The notes below the pieces were generated by a model that was given only the letters and a program-made list of their open reading frames with translations, did not search any database and was not told the origin of the DNA. This document shows positions 10,767-18,557 of a stretch of DNA of 64,000 bases, one piece after another. A program made the position numbers and the translations under genes. Each line of letters begins with the position of its first letter. Within the stretch, counting starts at the first letter, position 1. Source of the DNA: an uncultured virus (IMG/VR IMGVR_UViG_3300025902_000617) (Duplodnaviria > Heunggongvirae > Uroviricota > Caudoviricetes); the IMG/VR virus record IMGVR_UViG_3300025902_000617; one strand, 5' to 3'.

Positions 10767-10982
10767 TTTTTTCGGCTGTCTAATCAGTTCCTGTCCGTCG
10801 ATGTAAATTGTTCCATCGGCATCAAACACAAGACGAACTGCTCCCACGTCAATACTCCACCGATTGATATACTCTTGCACTTCGATGATTGGCAATCTCG
10901 CTCCGGTATCCAGTGCTGATTTTGGTTCTGTTGCACGGATGCGGATCGAGGAGTAGCCCCCACTCATAGGTTCTATCTGCAT
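10761..10982 (-). CDS. Hypothetical protein
   Basis: GGAGG SD before MQIEPM. Confidence 0.55.
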   Translation of the reverse strand: MQIEPMSGGYSSIRIRATEPKSALDTGARLPIIEVQEYINRWSIDVGAVRLVFDADGTIYIDGQELIRQPKKQ

Positions 10983-11284
10983 TTTCGTTCCCTCCATCCA
11001 ACGTTTTGCCACCTGTGTGAAGCTTTTGCACCTGCCTTTACAAAGCCCTCACGCTTAAGCCAAGGGACTATCGTTTCCGGGAACAACCCACACTCTCTCA
11101 CAATATCCTCGGTGTACACAGCATCCAAATTGTCAATCACTTTCATAGTGGCATTGAATAGCGTAGTGTCGTGAATGTCGATCATCCGCGTGTTTGCTGG
11201 GAGTTTCTTATAATAAGATAGTGGGGTCTTATCCCCCTGCATTTTCTTAAGTTTGTCTAACGATTTGCGAAATCTCATGCCCAT
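10973..11284 (-). CDS. Hypothetical basic protein
   Basis: GGTG SD before MGMRFRK; operon packing. Confidence 0.55.
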   Translation of the reverse strand: MGMRFRKSLDKLKKMQGDKTPLSYYKKLPANTRMIDIHDTTLFNATMKVIDNLDAVYTEDIVRECGLFPETIVPWLKREGFVKAGAKASHRWQNVGWRERKCR

Positions 11285-11286
11285 GG

Positions 11287-11574
11287 TCACACCAACTTTG
11301 GAAAAACTACTGCGGGGATGGTCTTGTCGAACACAATCATATGATCGTTTAGTTCGAAGAGTATCAGCTTGGTAAAAGCACTTTGCAAGAAAAACCATTC
11401 CCAGACAGCCGCCACCGTATCGGCAACACTTCTCCCCATAATTGCCTCAGCGACAACAACACCGGCGTACGTATTCTTGATCGACGCATGCCGCGCAAGG
11501 AGCATTAACATGTCGTCCTTATCATGCAAATCCTTTCTTGATATTTCATGATTCCATACTACGAGTTCCCACAT
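11287..11574 (-). CDS. Hypothetical protein
   Basis: GAGGTGA SD before the ATG. Confidence 0.6.
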   Translation of the reverse strand: MWELVVWNHEISRKDLHDKDDMLMLLARHASIKNTYAGVVVAEAIMGRSVADTVAAVWEWFFLQSAFTKLILFELNDHMIVFDKTIPAVVFPKLV

Positions 11575-11684
11575 CTTTTTTCACCTCTGGATCTCTCCAT
11601 TGCCGCGCCCTGCACAACCACTTTTTTCCGACGTTATACTCCACGATAACAGACCATTCACCTACCTTCACCCCGATGTGGGTA

Positions 11685-11755
11685 TGTGGGTGCCGGGGAT
11701 CGAACCCGGTAACGCTGCTCCAGTTTGTCCAGCGTAGTTGCCACCTTCTCCCACA
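11685..11755 (-). ncRNA. Degenerate tRNA-like RNA (pseudo-tRNA), element E
   Basis: Acceptor-like TGTGGG/CCCACA; perfect T-arm CCGGG-TTCGATC-CCCGG; anticodon-like stem ACGCTG/CAGCGT with a 12-nt loop; no proper D-stem. Confidence 0.65.
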
Positions 11756-11908
11756 CTCCTGCACCACCACAGTATCATCGTGGTTATGTTTTGCCCCGCG
11801 GAAGTAATCTCAAGCTGCCCTTCACATAGAGCTCTCCACTCAAGCCAGACTGTACACATCTGTGTCAACTTCGGGTTACGTTTGAACACGTCTGTCGATG
11901 CAGGAACA

Positions 11909-11952
11909 CCGCGCGCGGGGCTTTGCACCCGCTTGCCGCTTACCGGGCGCGG
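11909..11952 (-). repeat. tRNA-like T-loop element, copy F
   Basis: Minus strand: CCGCG-CCCGGTAAGCGGCA-AGCGGGTGCAAAGCCCCGC-GCGCGG. Confidence 0.85.
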
Positions 11953-11958
11953 TAAAAT

Positions 11959-12501
11959 TTATGGAAATTCGAACCGCTCGCACCGCTTGGTTGCCGGGTC
12001 TTTGTCGAACCGGTGCCCCTTTGGGTTCGCTGAGCATCTGTGTTCGGTGTTCCCGAGCGCGAACGGTGAATGCTTGCACACGCGGCACAGCCCCAGTCCT
12101 GCGATGAATGGAACCCTGCGCTGGGCGTCCGGTGCGGTCTGCGCTGGAGCTGGTGTCTCTTGTGCTGGCACTGGCTTAGGTCTTGGAGGTGGTTGCTGAA
12201 CAACCGGCACTGGCGCCGGGACTTCCTCAGGATCCGCATCGGTTTCCTCACCGAGCTTTGGGGAAATGATCGGAGCGATTGATACGTACCCATCACTTAG
12301 AAGTTCGAGCTTCACGCACGTCGGGAACCGTATCACCACATGCGTAGCCGACGGGCACATCATCGCAGTCTTTTTGACCACGGGTTCGCCCTTCTCGTTT
12401 GTAGTTTCATACAGCACGAGATACGTGTTCAGGCTTGTCGCGCGGTTGTTACACCTCTTCTCGAAGTCGAGCATCTCGTCATAAACAGACTGTGGTGGCA
12501 T
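11959..12501 (-). CDS. Hypothetical protein with Pro-rich linker and C-terminal Cys cluster
   Basis: ORF with AGGTGG SD; CRVCKH...C...C. Confidence 0.65.
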   Translation of the reverse strand: MPPQSVYDEMLDFEKRCNNRATSLNTYLVLYETTNEKGEPVVKKTAMMCPSATHVVIRFPTCVKLELLSDGYVSIAPIISPKLGEETDADPEEVPAPVPVVQQPPPRPKPVPAQETPAPAQTAPDAQRRVPFIAGLGLCRVCKHSPFALGNTEHRCSANPKGHRFDKDPATKRCERFEFP

Positions 12502-12503
12502 GA

Positions 12504-13397
12504 TTATGCCACCTGCCTAACTTCTGGTGTCGGGACGACAGGGGTAATCGCCGCAGACATATTCAGGAACTTGGCAGACATTGCGTCTATATCGCTCCTG
12601 ACATCCGGCGACAACTTCTCATTATGAGAGTTGTAGTAGCTCGCCGCGTTGAACAGATCCCACCGCGACGGCTCAAGACCGGCGATCTGTTCGACGATCT
12701 TCTTCACATGCCTGTCGGAGATCCCCTCATACGTGGCGATCATTGTTGCCTCAAGGGATTCCCGGGTCTCGAACTTAACCTTTGAATCCATGGCGACGTT
12801 GATCGCGTCCTGCAAGTATCCAGCCCTTGCAAGAAGTCCGTTCGTGAACGCCTCGATCACCGGAGGAACGCGCTCGTTCATGTCAACGGTGTGCCATTCA
12901 TGCACGAGAAACCCCGGGAGGATTCCCTGAGCCTTCGCACCGTTCGCGCACACGAGGCGCGTGGTATACCCGTCGCCCTTGAACGCGGTCTTTCTATCCA
13001 TGGAGTTTTCCAGATGGAAACCCAGCTCGACGATACTGTCCCCTCCGTCCGGAAGCTTTCCGTCAACAAGCTTGATCTCGTCGAACATCGCGGTGAGATA
13101 CGCGCGATCCTTCCACGTCTTGACAGACCCGTGGATCCCGGCGCCTCTCTTCTCAATCGCCGATGCCGCAAACCCGAACGCTGTCTTATGGTCAAAGACC
13201 GGGTACTCCATTGACGTGCTCATGCAGTGGTGGTGCTTCGTTACGTTTGTCATAACGCCGATCTTTCCGGTAATACCCTCGGGAAATTTCTCGTGGTAAA
13301 CCACTGCCGGGAGAACTTCGTAGTCGTCCATGCCTGATAGAATTGCCCTCAATTCCCCGATGTTTGCGAAATTCGCATTCATGTCTGTGTTTGCCAT
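12504..13397 (-). CDS. DUF932/DUF945-like protein
   Basis: Motifs LENSMD, RLVCANG and SRWDLFNAASY typical of the DUF932 family; AGGTGA SD. Confidence 0.75.
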   Translation of the reverse strand: MANTDMNANFANIGELRAILSGMDDYEVLPAVVYHEKFPEGITGKIGVMTNVTKHHHCMSTSMEYPVFDHKTAFGFAASAIEKRGAGIHGSVKTWKDRAYLTAMFDEIKLVDGKLPDGGDSIVELGFHLENSMDRKTAFKGDGYTTRLVCANGAKAQGILPGFLVHEWHTVDMNERVPPVIEAFTNGLLARAGYLQDAINVAMDSKVKFETRESLEATMIATYEGISDRHVKKIVEQIAGLEPSRWDLFNAASYYNSHNEKLSPDVRSDIDAMSAKFLNMSAAITPVVPTPEVRQVA

Positions 13398-13423
13398 TTC
13401 TCTTTTCACCTACTTTGTCTTAT

Positions 13424-13484
13424 CCCAACGACTGGGAAAACCGTGCGCGGGGCATTGCACCCCGCCGACGCTTATCGTTCACGG
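13424..13484 (-). repeat. tRNA-like T-loop element, copy G
   Basis: Minus strand: CCGTG-AACGATAAGCGTCG-GCGGGGTGCAATGCCCCGC-GCACGG-TTTT-CCCAGTCGTTGGG; contains the TGA stop of the upstream 30-aa ORF. Confidence 0.85.
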
Positions 13485-13571
13485 CATACTGTTTAGCGCG
13501 AACCACCCACATATTAAAAAATAAACCAGTCCAAGCACAACTGACAGCCAGAGTTTAAACCTGTTTGACAT
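13479..13571 (-). CDS. 30-aa single-TM peptide (MSNRFKLWLSVVLGLVYFLICGWFALNSMP)
   Basis: Translated by hand (below the ORF-track cutoff); GGAGG SD. Confidence 0.55.
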   Translation of the reverse strand: MSNRFKLWLSVVLGLVYFLICGWFALNSMP

Positions 13572-13710
13572 TGAATCCTCCAAAAACCGTTTGCTTGTAT
13601 ACTTTTACGTGGTGAACATAGCCACATTCGTCGCAAGACCATTCGCATTCGTTGGTCTGCGTTATACGCGGGCACCCACATTTCTTACACCTCACGGGTA
13701 TGGGTGGCAT
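13555..13710 (-). CDS. 51-aa Zn-ribbon protein
   Basis: Translated by hand: CKKCG...CDECG. Confidence 0.55.
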   Translation of the reverse strand: MPPIPVRCKKCGCPRITQTNECEWSCDECGYVHHVKVYKQTVFGGFNVKQV

Positions 13711-13714
13711 GGGT

Positions 13715-14350
13715 TCACTTCACCAGCTCATAGCACATCGGGCGCGTTCCCGGGTTGTAGCACCCGGTGGGGCACCGGATACAGGGGATTTTCTTACCTT
13801 CATCATCTAGCGCGCCGCAGTTGATGGTCAGGTTATGTTTTTCGGCGTATTCTGGAGTGACCACATTAAAGATCCCGTCCCATATCGGATCTGCCTTCGT
13901 TATCGCGGCATTAATATTCGGAGCGGACATTATGATCTTGAGGTTCGACGGCTTTCCGTGCATCTTGAAGTAATCTTCCACCAGCTTGTAATTCCGTGAC
14001 CATAGCGCAAAATGAACCCGCGGGTTCTTCCTGCATATGTTCACGTAGTTCGTAAGCTGGATTTCTCCCTTCTTGCCTACAAGAAGTTCCCCGAAGGCGT
14101 TAAACCGGCACTGCATGGCGTTCACGTAGGGTAATTCAGACATATCGAACACCCTTGAAGTGAGCACTTCCCCGTTATGCCAATATGATTGCTTTACGGA
14201 CGGGCGCAGCTTCTGGTATCTCAGTGCATAGCATACATGATTCATTAAGCAACCGTGACAGATGCCAGATTGCCCGGACGCACAACTAATATGGTGTGTG
14301 CCTTCCATTTTGCCCTTTGCATTGGTGTATACCTTGATCTCGCTGTTCAT
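13715..14350 (-). CDS. GP88-like Cys-rich (radical-SAM-related) phage protein
   Basis: CxxC-x5-CYA, RFNAFGE and FALWSRN motifs; GGTGA SD. Confidence 0.7.
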   Translation of the reverse strand: MNSEIKVYTNAKGKMEGTHHISCASGQSGICHGCLMNHVCYALRYQKLRPSVKQSYWHNGEVLTSRVFDMSELPYVNAMQCRFNAFGELLVGKKGEIQLTNYVNICRKNPRVHFALWSRNYKLVEDYFKMHGKPSNLKIIMSAPNINAAITKADPIWDGIFNVVTPEYAEKHNLTINCGALDDEGKKIPCIRCPTGCYNPGTRPMCYELVK

Positions 14351-14362
14351 TTTTCACCACTT

Positions 14363-14425
14363 TCCCATATGGGGATATTGTGGAAGGGGCTTGCACCCTA
14401 TTCCGCGCGTTTACGCGCCACAATA
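14363..14425 (-). repeat. tRNA-like T-loop element, copy H (divergent)
   Basis: Minus strand: TATTGTGG-CGCGTAAACGCG-CGGAATAGGGTGCAAGCCCCTT-CCACAATA-TCCCCATATGGGA; same architecture, fully different closing stem. Confidence 0.75.
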
Positions 14426-14937
14426 ATGCCTGTATACACTGAATCACACCAACTCACCCTTAAAAGCGCAAGGAAACCCTGTCTTTGAACGTGAACCGTC
14501 TGATCCGAGTGGATACAGGCATAAAAATAATTCTCTTACCACACCAGCACGCCGTCGCTCCTGTAATATCAACAGATATAGGGCTAGGGCTTTCCCGGTG
14601 GGGTTTTCTCTTCTTCCGTCACGGCAGGGACGTTGTGAGCGGCGGGCGTCTGCGGCAATACATCGGTGCCCTTTCGGGTTTACCTGTATAATGCCTGTTA
14701 CCCGTCACTGACTACGGTGTCCTCGTCTGAAACCGTGGCGCATCGCGCTCAAAGGGTGCCCCGTTGCCGTTCACCGTTGTTTAGACGTGGTTTAGGGCTG
14801 TCGGTGTGTGATATTTCAGACGTTCTGTTACCGAGTTTTGCGCTTATGACGTGCATCACTGGGACGTTCCGACGGTGTTTCGGTGCTTTGCGGCACCTCG
14901 AACCGACGCACCCCGAAGGGTATTGGAATGTCCGCAT
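14426..14937 (-). ncRNA. Candidate large structured non-coding leader RNA (~500 nt)
   Basis: No credible ORF; UUCG and GAAA tetraloop hairpins; several 8-14-bp long-range helices with G-U pairs on the minus strand; lies directly downstream of a TATA box. Confidence 0.65.
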
Positions 14938-14957
14938 ATAAGGTATGTAAGTAATCC

Positions 14958-14971
14958 CTTATAAATCTTTC
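14958..14971 (-). promoter_or_regulatory. Archaeal BRE/TATA promoter for the leftward operon
   Basis: Minus strand GAAAGA-TTTATAAG ~20-25 nt upstream of the start of the structured region. Confidence 0.7.
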
Positions 14972-15027
14972 TGATTATTACAGAATAATGAGAAAAGGGT
15001 GTAATCCCAGTAGTGGCATTTAACGCC

Positions 15028-15043
15028 AATTTAACGTTAAATT
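15028..15043. other. Perfect 16-bp palindrome AATTTAACGTTAAATT (possible operator or recombinase site)
   Basis: Directly visible; extra ATTTAACG half-site at 15018-15025; intergenic. Confidence 0.5.
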
Positions 15044-15152
15044 TTAACACGCCGTCCCCCCGTTTTACGACAGTTTATCGATTCTTTTTGGGATATATTC
15101 ATCGCAATTATCTATTCAAATCCATACAATTCGTCCCGTGTAAATCTATATA

Positions 15153-15512
15153 TTACTGGTATAATACATTTAAAAAAAAATAATCTCGGATTGGGTGTAT
15201 GCGATGCATCCGGTATGCCCTGATGCCATATGACTGGCGTTGTATTATCTTCCCTTCTGCTATCGCATCATATATCAGGTTCGGATCTCCGGGATAAAAT
15301 CTAATACTGTCATTGACTATTTGACTATATGCACTTTCCACATCACATTTCTTGTCGGGATCTGTATAATCGATCCAAGTATAAACCGGGATACGGCATT
15401 CCGTAGAAATCCATGGTAATAACAAATCGTATTTGCGTATATCGTTCGCACTACCACGCTCGTATAAACCGAGTTCCACATTCTTCTTCCAATTACGTTC
15501 TATGTATTTCAT
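15153..15512 (-). CDS. Hypothetical protein
   Basis: ATGA overlap with the recombinase stop. Confidence 0.6.
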   Translation of the reverse strand: MKYIERNWKKNVELGLYERGSANDIRKYDLLLPWISTECRIPVYTWIDYTDPDKKCDVESAYSQIVNDSIRFYPGDPNLIYDAIAEGKIIQRQSYGIRAYRMHRIHPIRDYFFLNVLYQ

Positions 15513-16432
15513 AAGATGCCCGCTTTAACCATATAGTGTTCCGTTGTCATAACGTTTTTAACTTTCTCATTAAATTTCCCGAAGTCGGTATATCGATCTG
15601 CCATGGTGGTTGTGTGCCCAAGTATAGTATCTATTACCACGTCTTCTACCCCAGCCAATCGCATTTGCGTTTGGAATGTGCGTCTTCCGGTATAACTTGT
15701 GACATGCAAATTATTAATAGTGTATTCTCCGAGATGATCGGTAAGCCATGCGTTCGGGTTTGCAAACTGTGGTATCGCAGCGCACCACCGCTTTAAATGC
15801 GGAGTGATACCGGGCGCCCATGGAAGATATCGATAAAAATTCACTTTGGCCGTCCACAATTGCATTTCGTTATTCTCCCAATCGATTTTTGCAGGGTGCT
15901 CGACTCCTGAAGTTCTTAACCAGTAACCAATTTCTATTGGGCGCCCCCCGAAATAAAATTGCAAAATCGTTCCACTTGTAATGAGTTCGGCCAGTTTTGT
16001 GCGATTGCGTTTTTTAATTTCATCAAGCAATTCCGAAATTTCGTCAGTGTTAAGAGACTTCCGTTCACGATTAACGGTCTTCGGACGGGCATTGACAAGT
16101 GACAATTGACTTAATCGCTGATTTTCCATAATAGAGCGAGTATCGTTAAGAGGAATTGTAGCGCAACGAAAACGCATGTATCCCTTTACCGATGATAAAA
16201 ACTGATTTGCCGTGTGCGCGTTCGGTATGTTGCTAAAATACTCCTGAATGTCAGTAAGCATAAACGTATCGAATGTTTTTCCGCGTTTCCCTATCCAACA
16301 CGCGAAAGATGAAAGCAATGATAAATATACCCTAGCGGCTGGTGATTTATTGCAACTCTCTAAGTGTTTCGTATATCTGCGTATTTCAGATATATCCCCC
16401 AGATTCAAATTCGTTACATCCACGGAAATCAC
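15509..16432 (-). CDS. Tyrosine recombinase/integrase (Xer-like)
   Basis: Catalytic R (FGGRPIE), K (TAK), YTGRRTF (HxxR box with H->Y), ILGH and Y (DRY); N-terminal core-binding domain. Confidence 0.85.
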   Translation of the reverse strand: MISVDVTNLNLGDISEIRRYTKHLESCNKSPAARVYLSLLSSFACWIGKRGKTFDTFMLTDIQEYFSNIPNAHTANQFLSSVKGYMRFRCATIPLNDTRSIMENQRLSQLSLVNARPKTVNRERKSLNTDEISELLDEIKKRNRTKLAELITSGTILQFYFGGRPIEIGYWLRTSGVEHPAKIDWENNEMQLWTAKVNFYRYLPWAPGITPHLKRWCAAIPQFANPNAWLTDHLGEYTINNLHVTSYTGRRTFQTQMRLAGVEDVVIDTILGHTTTMADRYTDFGKFNEKVKNVMTTEHYMVKAGIL

Positions 16433-16818
16433 TTGCTATCGGATATTGCTTGTAAACGTCTGATACCAGCTTCAGTAATCTTATATGCCGATGGTTCGAA
16501 CCCTACCCTATTTGGTGTTATCGACGCTATATATGGAAGATGCCGCTTACCTTGTTCCGGGGTTCGATGCATGGTATTTGCATTCATCTCTGAAATTATA
16601 GCACGAAAACTCGCATATTTCCCGGGAGCCTTGTGCAGTGCTTCAACGCGATATCTTTTGAATTCTTTGAACAGTTTATTCACGTATTCACCGTCTCCGC
16701 GAAGTGAATTGAGATAAACTAATACGAATTCTTCCATAGACATTGGTTTATTAAAATCGTGTGTGATAACGATTACCAATTCTCCGGGTTTTGGAGTTTT
16801 AATTTTCTTCGAACGCAT
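16429..16818 (-). CDS. Hypothetical protein, possibly winged-helix
   Basis: C-terminal YKITEAGIRRL resembles a wHTH wing; overlaps the recombinase start. Confidence 0.55.
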   Translation of the reverse strand: MRSKKIKTPKPGELVIVITHDFNKPMSMEEFVLVYLNSLRGDGEYVNKLFKEFKRYRVEALHKAPGKYASFRAIISEMNANTMHRTPEQGKRHLPYIASITPNRVGFEPSAYKITEAGIRRLQAISDSK

Positions 16819-16855
16819 AATTAACGTATGTTCTGTAAACTAATAAAGATATCGT

Positions 16856-17350
16856 TCAATAATAGAAAAATGGAGTGCTGTCGTGAAGCTCCATGAACAT
16901 TTCGATATCAATATCCATTACGAAATACCACAGCATCTCCCCTATCGGTGTAGATTCGTGGTATTTGCCGGTAAATTTATCGCGCAAAATAAAATGTTCC
17001 ATCCAATAACTGAAAACACCATCATACGATGTCAGCGCCCACGCGTAAACTGGTTCGAATGTATCTGGATTATATCTCATTATTTTTTTAGTATTGTCCC
17101 AACACATTCCAAGCCTGCAATTATATTCGTGCGCAAGTGTCTGGTCGATTTCACTCGCTGCAACCGAATGCCCGGTTGGAATAAGAATTTCCAAATTGTC
17201 CGGTGACGCCCACCCGTCGAATACAACAACGTCCCCCCCGAGCAGCAAAAGCCCGCGTGTTACTTCGCTAAGATATGGATGCCTCTGCTCTAGCTTATAC
17301 TGCTCGCCACGCATAAACGCAAGTTCCCGCATGGCGAATTTGTTCTCCAT
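16856..17350 (-). CDS. Hypothetical protein
   Basis: ORF preceded by TTTTTATA box. Confidence 0.6.
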   Translation of the reverse strand: MENKFAMRELAFMRGEQYKLEQRHPYLSEVTRGLLLLGGDVVVFDGWASPDNLEILIPTGHSVAASEIDQTLAHEYNCRLGMCWDNTKKIMRYNPDTFEPVYAWALTSYDGVFSYWMEHFILRDKFTGKYHESTPIGEMLWYFVMDIDIEMFMELHDSTPFFYY

Positions 17351-17393
17351 GTTATATACTTAAAAGTGATAGTATAAAAAGTGTTCGCCGTTT

Positions 17394-18065
17394 TCACTCG
17401 TAATCGGCTTCACAACATTTATCAAAATTATCTATCTCGTTTATCTTGCAAATTCTGTACACGTCAAACGGATTCAACTTTGTCCAATTCACCTCATCCG
17501 AACTGCATTTGCTACAATGATGAGGTATATATCCCATCATCCCGTAATCCCACAGAAACGATCTTCCGCACGACTTACATTTGTAGAATAATGACCTGTG
17601 TATCAACGGTGGAACAACCTTGTCTTCACTCCCAAGATACGCGCGGACAGAATACCTATCGGGATGCGTCCTGCCCCGCGCAAACCCGCGCTCGAAGTAT
17701 TTCTCCATGCAATCGAGATATATTGGATTGCTATGGCACCGCTTCATGTTGTCATTGGGTTTCAAGAAGCTGTGCTTTACATGGCACTGCTCGTGAACTA
17801 CCAAAGCGTCGAAGAATTTACTTCCGATGTTGTACATATTATCTTTCACAAGTCCGGTGTCGTAAACTATTGCAGCTTTTGTTCCTTGCTTATTTCCGGT
17901 TGCATATGCTATAACCGAATATGTTTTTTGACCGTCTGGATAAAGCGCGCTTTTTATAAAAGCCCTACAATCTACTTCTTGGGGTATTATGCGCGACGAG
18001 TACTTTATATTCAACTCAAGAAGCTGCTCTTTTGCACGCAAAAAATCTTTGCGTATGGAAACCAT
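17394..18065 (-). CDS. SprT-like zinc metalloprotease
   Basis: VVHEQCH zincin motif, downstream His, C-terminal YKCKSC...HCSKC Zn ribbon. Confidence 0.7.
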   Translation of the reverse strand: MVSIRKDFLRAKEQLLELNIKYSSRIIPQEVDCRAFIKSALYPDGQKTYSVIAYATGNKQGTKAAIVYDTGLVKDNMYNIGSKFFDALVVHEQCHVKHSFLKPNDNMKRCHSNPIYLDCMEKYFERGFARGRTHPDRYSVRAYLGSEDKVVPPLIHRSLFYKCKSCGRSFLWDYGMMGYIPHHCSKCSSDEVNWTKLNPFDVYRICKINEIDNFDKCCEADYE

Positions 18066-18067
18066 AA

Positions 18068-18499
18068 TTACCTCCTATGCGCCCGTCTTTTTCCTCGTTG
18101 TCCGGTTGCTCGATATGCCTCCCGTTCTCTATCTTCCTGATCATGTATTTTCTTCATTTTTGAAGCTTCCCTGATATCCCCGTCGCAGCTGTCGATATAA
18201 TTAATATTATCCCGTGTCATCAGGCGCGAAAACTTTGTTTTTGCAACGAGCGAGTCCATTAGCTTCTGGATATCGTAGATCATTGATAGCGTCGTATGGG
18301 AATCTTCCAAGAATCGATCAAGCTCCCGCCCGCGTTCCCTGAGCTCTTTTGTTTTGAAAAATTCTTCCTCCACACGAGAAAAATCAACATCTTTCAACGT
18401 ATCTGGGTATTTGTCATCCCAGTCTCTTTCCATGGCTTGGAGTTCCGTACGCGCGTCCCGCAAAGATGCATACACGCTATACATATTAAAATCGGTCAT
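18068..18499 (-). CDS. Hypothetical helical protein
   Basis: ORF with TTTATAAA box and GGTG SD. Confidence 0.6.
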   Translation of the reverse strand: MTDFNMYSVYASLRDARTELQAMERDWDDKYPDTLKDVDFSRVEEEFFKTKELRERGRELDRFLEDSHTTLSMIYDIQKLMDSLVAKTKFSRLMTRDNINYIDSCDGDIREASKMKKIHDQEDREREAYRATGQRGKRRAHRR

Positions 18500-18557
18500 G
18501 ACACACCACTATCTATTACGCGCTCGGTATTTATAAATGTGTGGATTCAGACGTAAA

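Noticed and set aside
8317..14425. Repeats as a CRISPR array
   Set aside because: Spacing is hundreds to thousands of bases and filled with genes; repeats diverge with covariation; no cas genes.
8336..14425. Twister-sister ribozyme (GGTGCAAG hairpin resembles its P4 loop)
   Set aside because: The conserved internal-loop strands (GCAA / GCUCA cleavage site) are absent from the flanks. Self-cleavage is still worth testing.
8317..14425. Canonical integron attC sites
   Set aside because: No RYYYAAC...GTTRRRY ends, and the recombinase shows no obvious IntI-specific insertion. Kept only as a non-canonical hypothesis.
113..14488. Numerous plus-strand ORFs in the ORF track over the left operon (and similar antisense ORFs elsewhere)
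   Set aside because: They are shadows of tightly packed minus-strand genes with SD sites and have no recognisable motifs.
14426..14937. RNase P RNA (ACAGAA, GGTGAACGG and GAGAAAACCCC resemble conserved regions)
   Set aside because: Motifs are in the wrong order and I cannot form the P4 helix by eye; cmscan is needed for a final answer.
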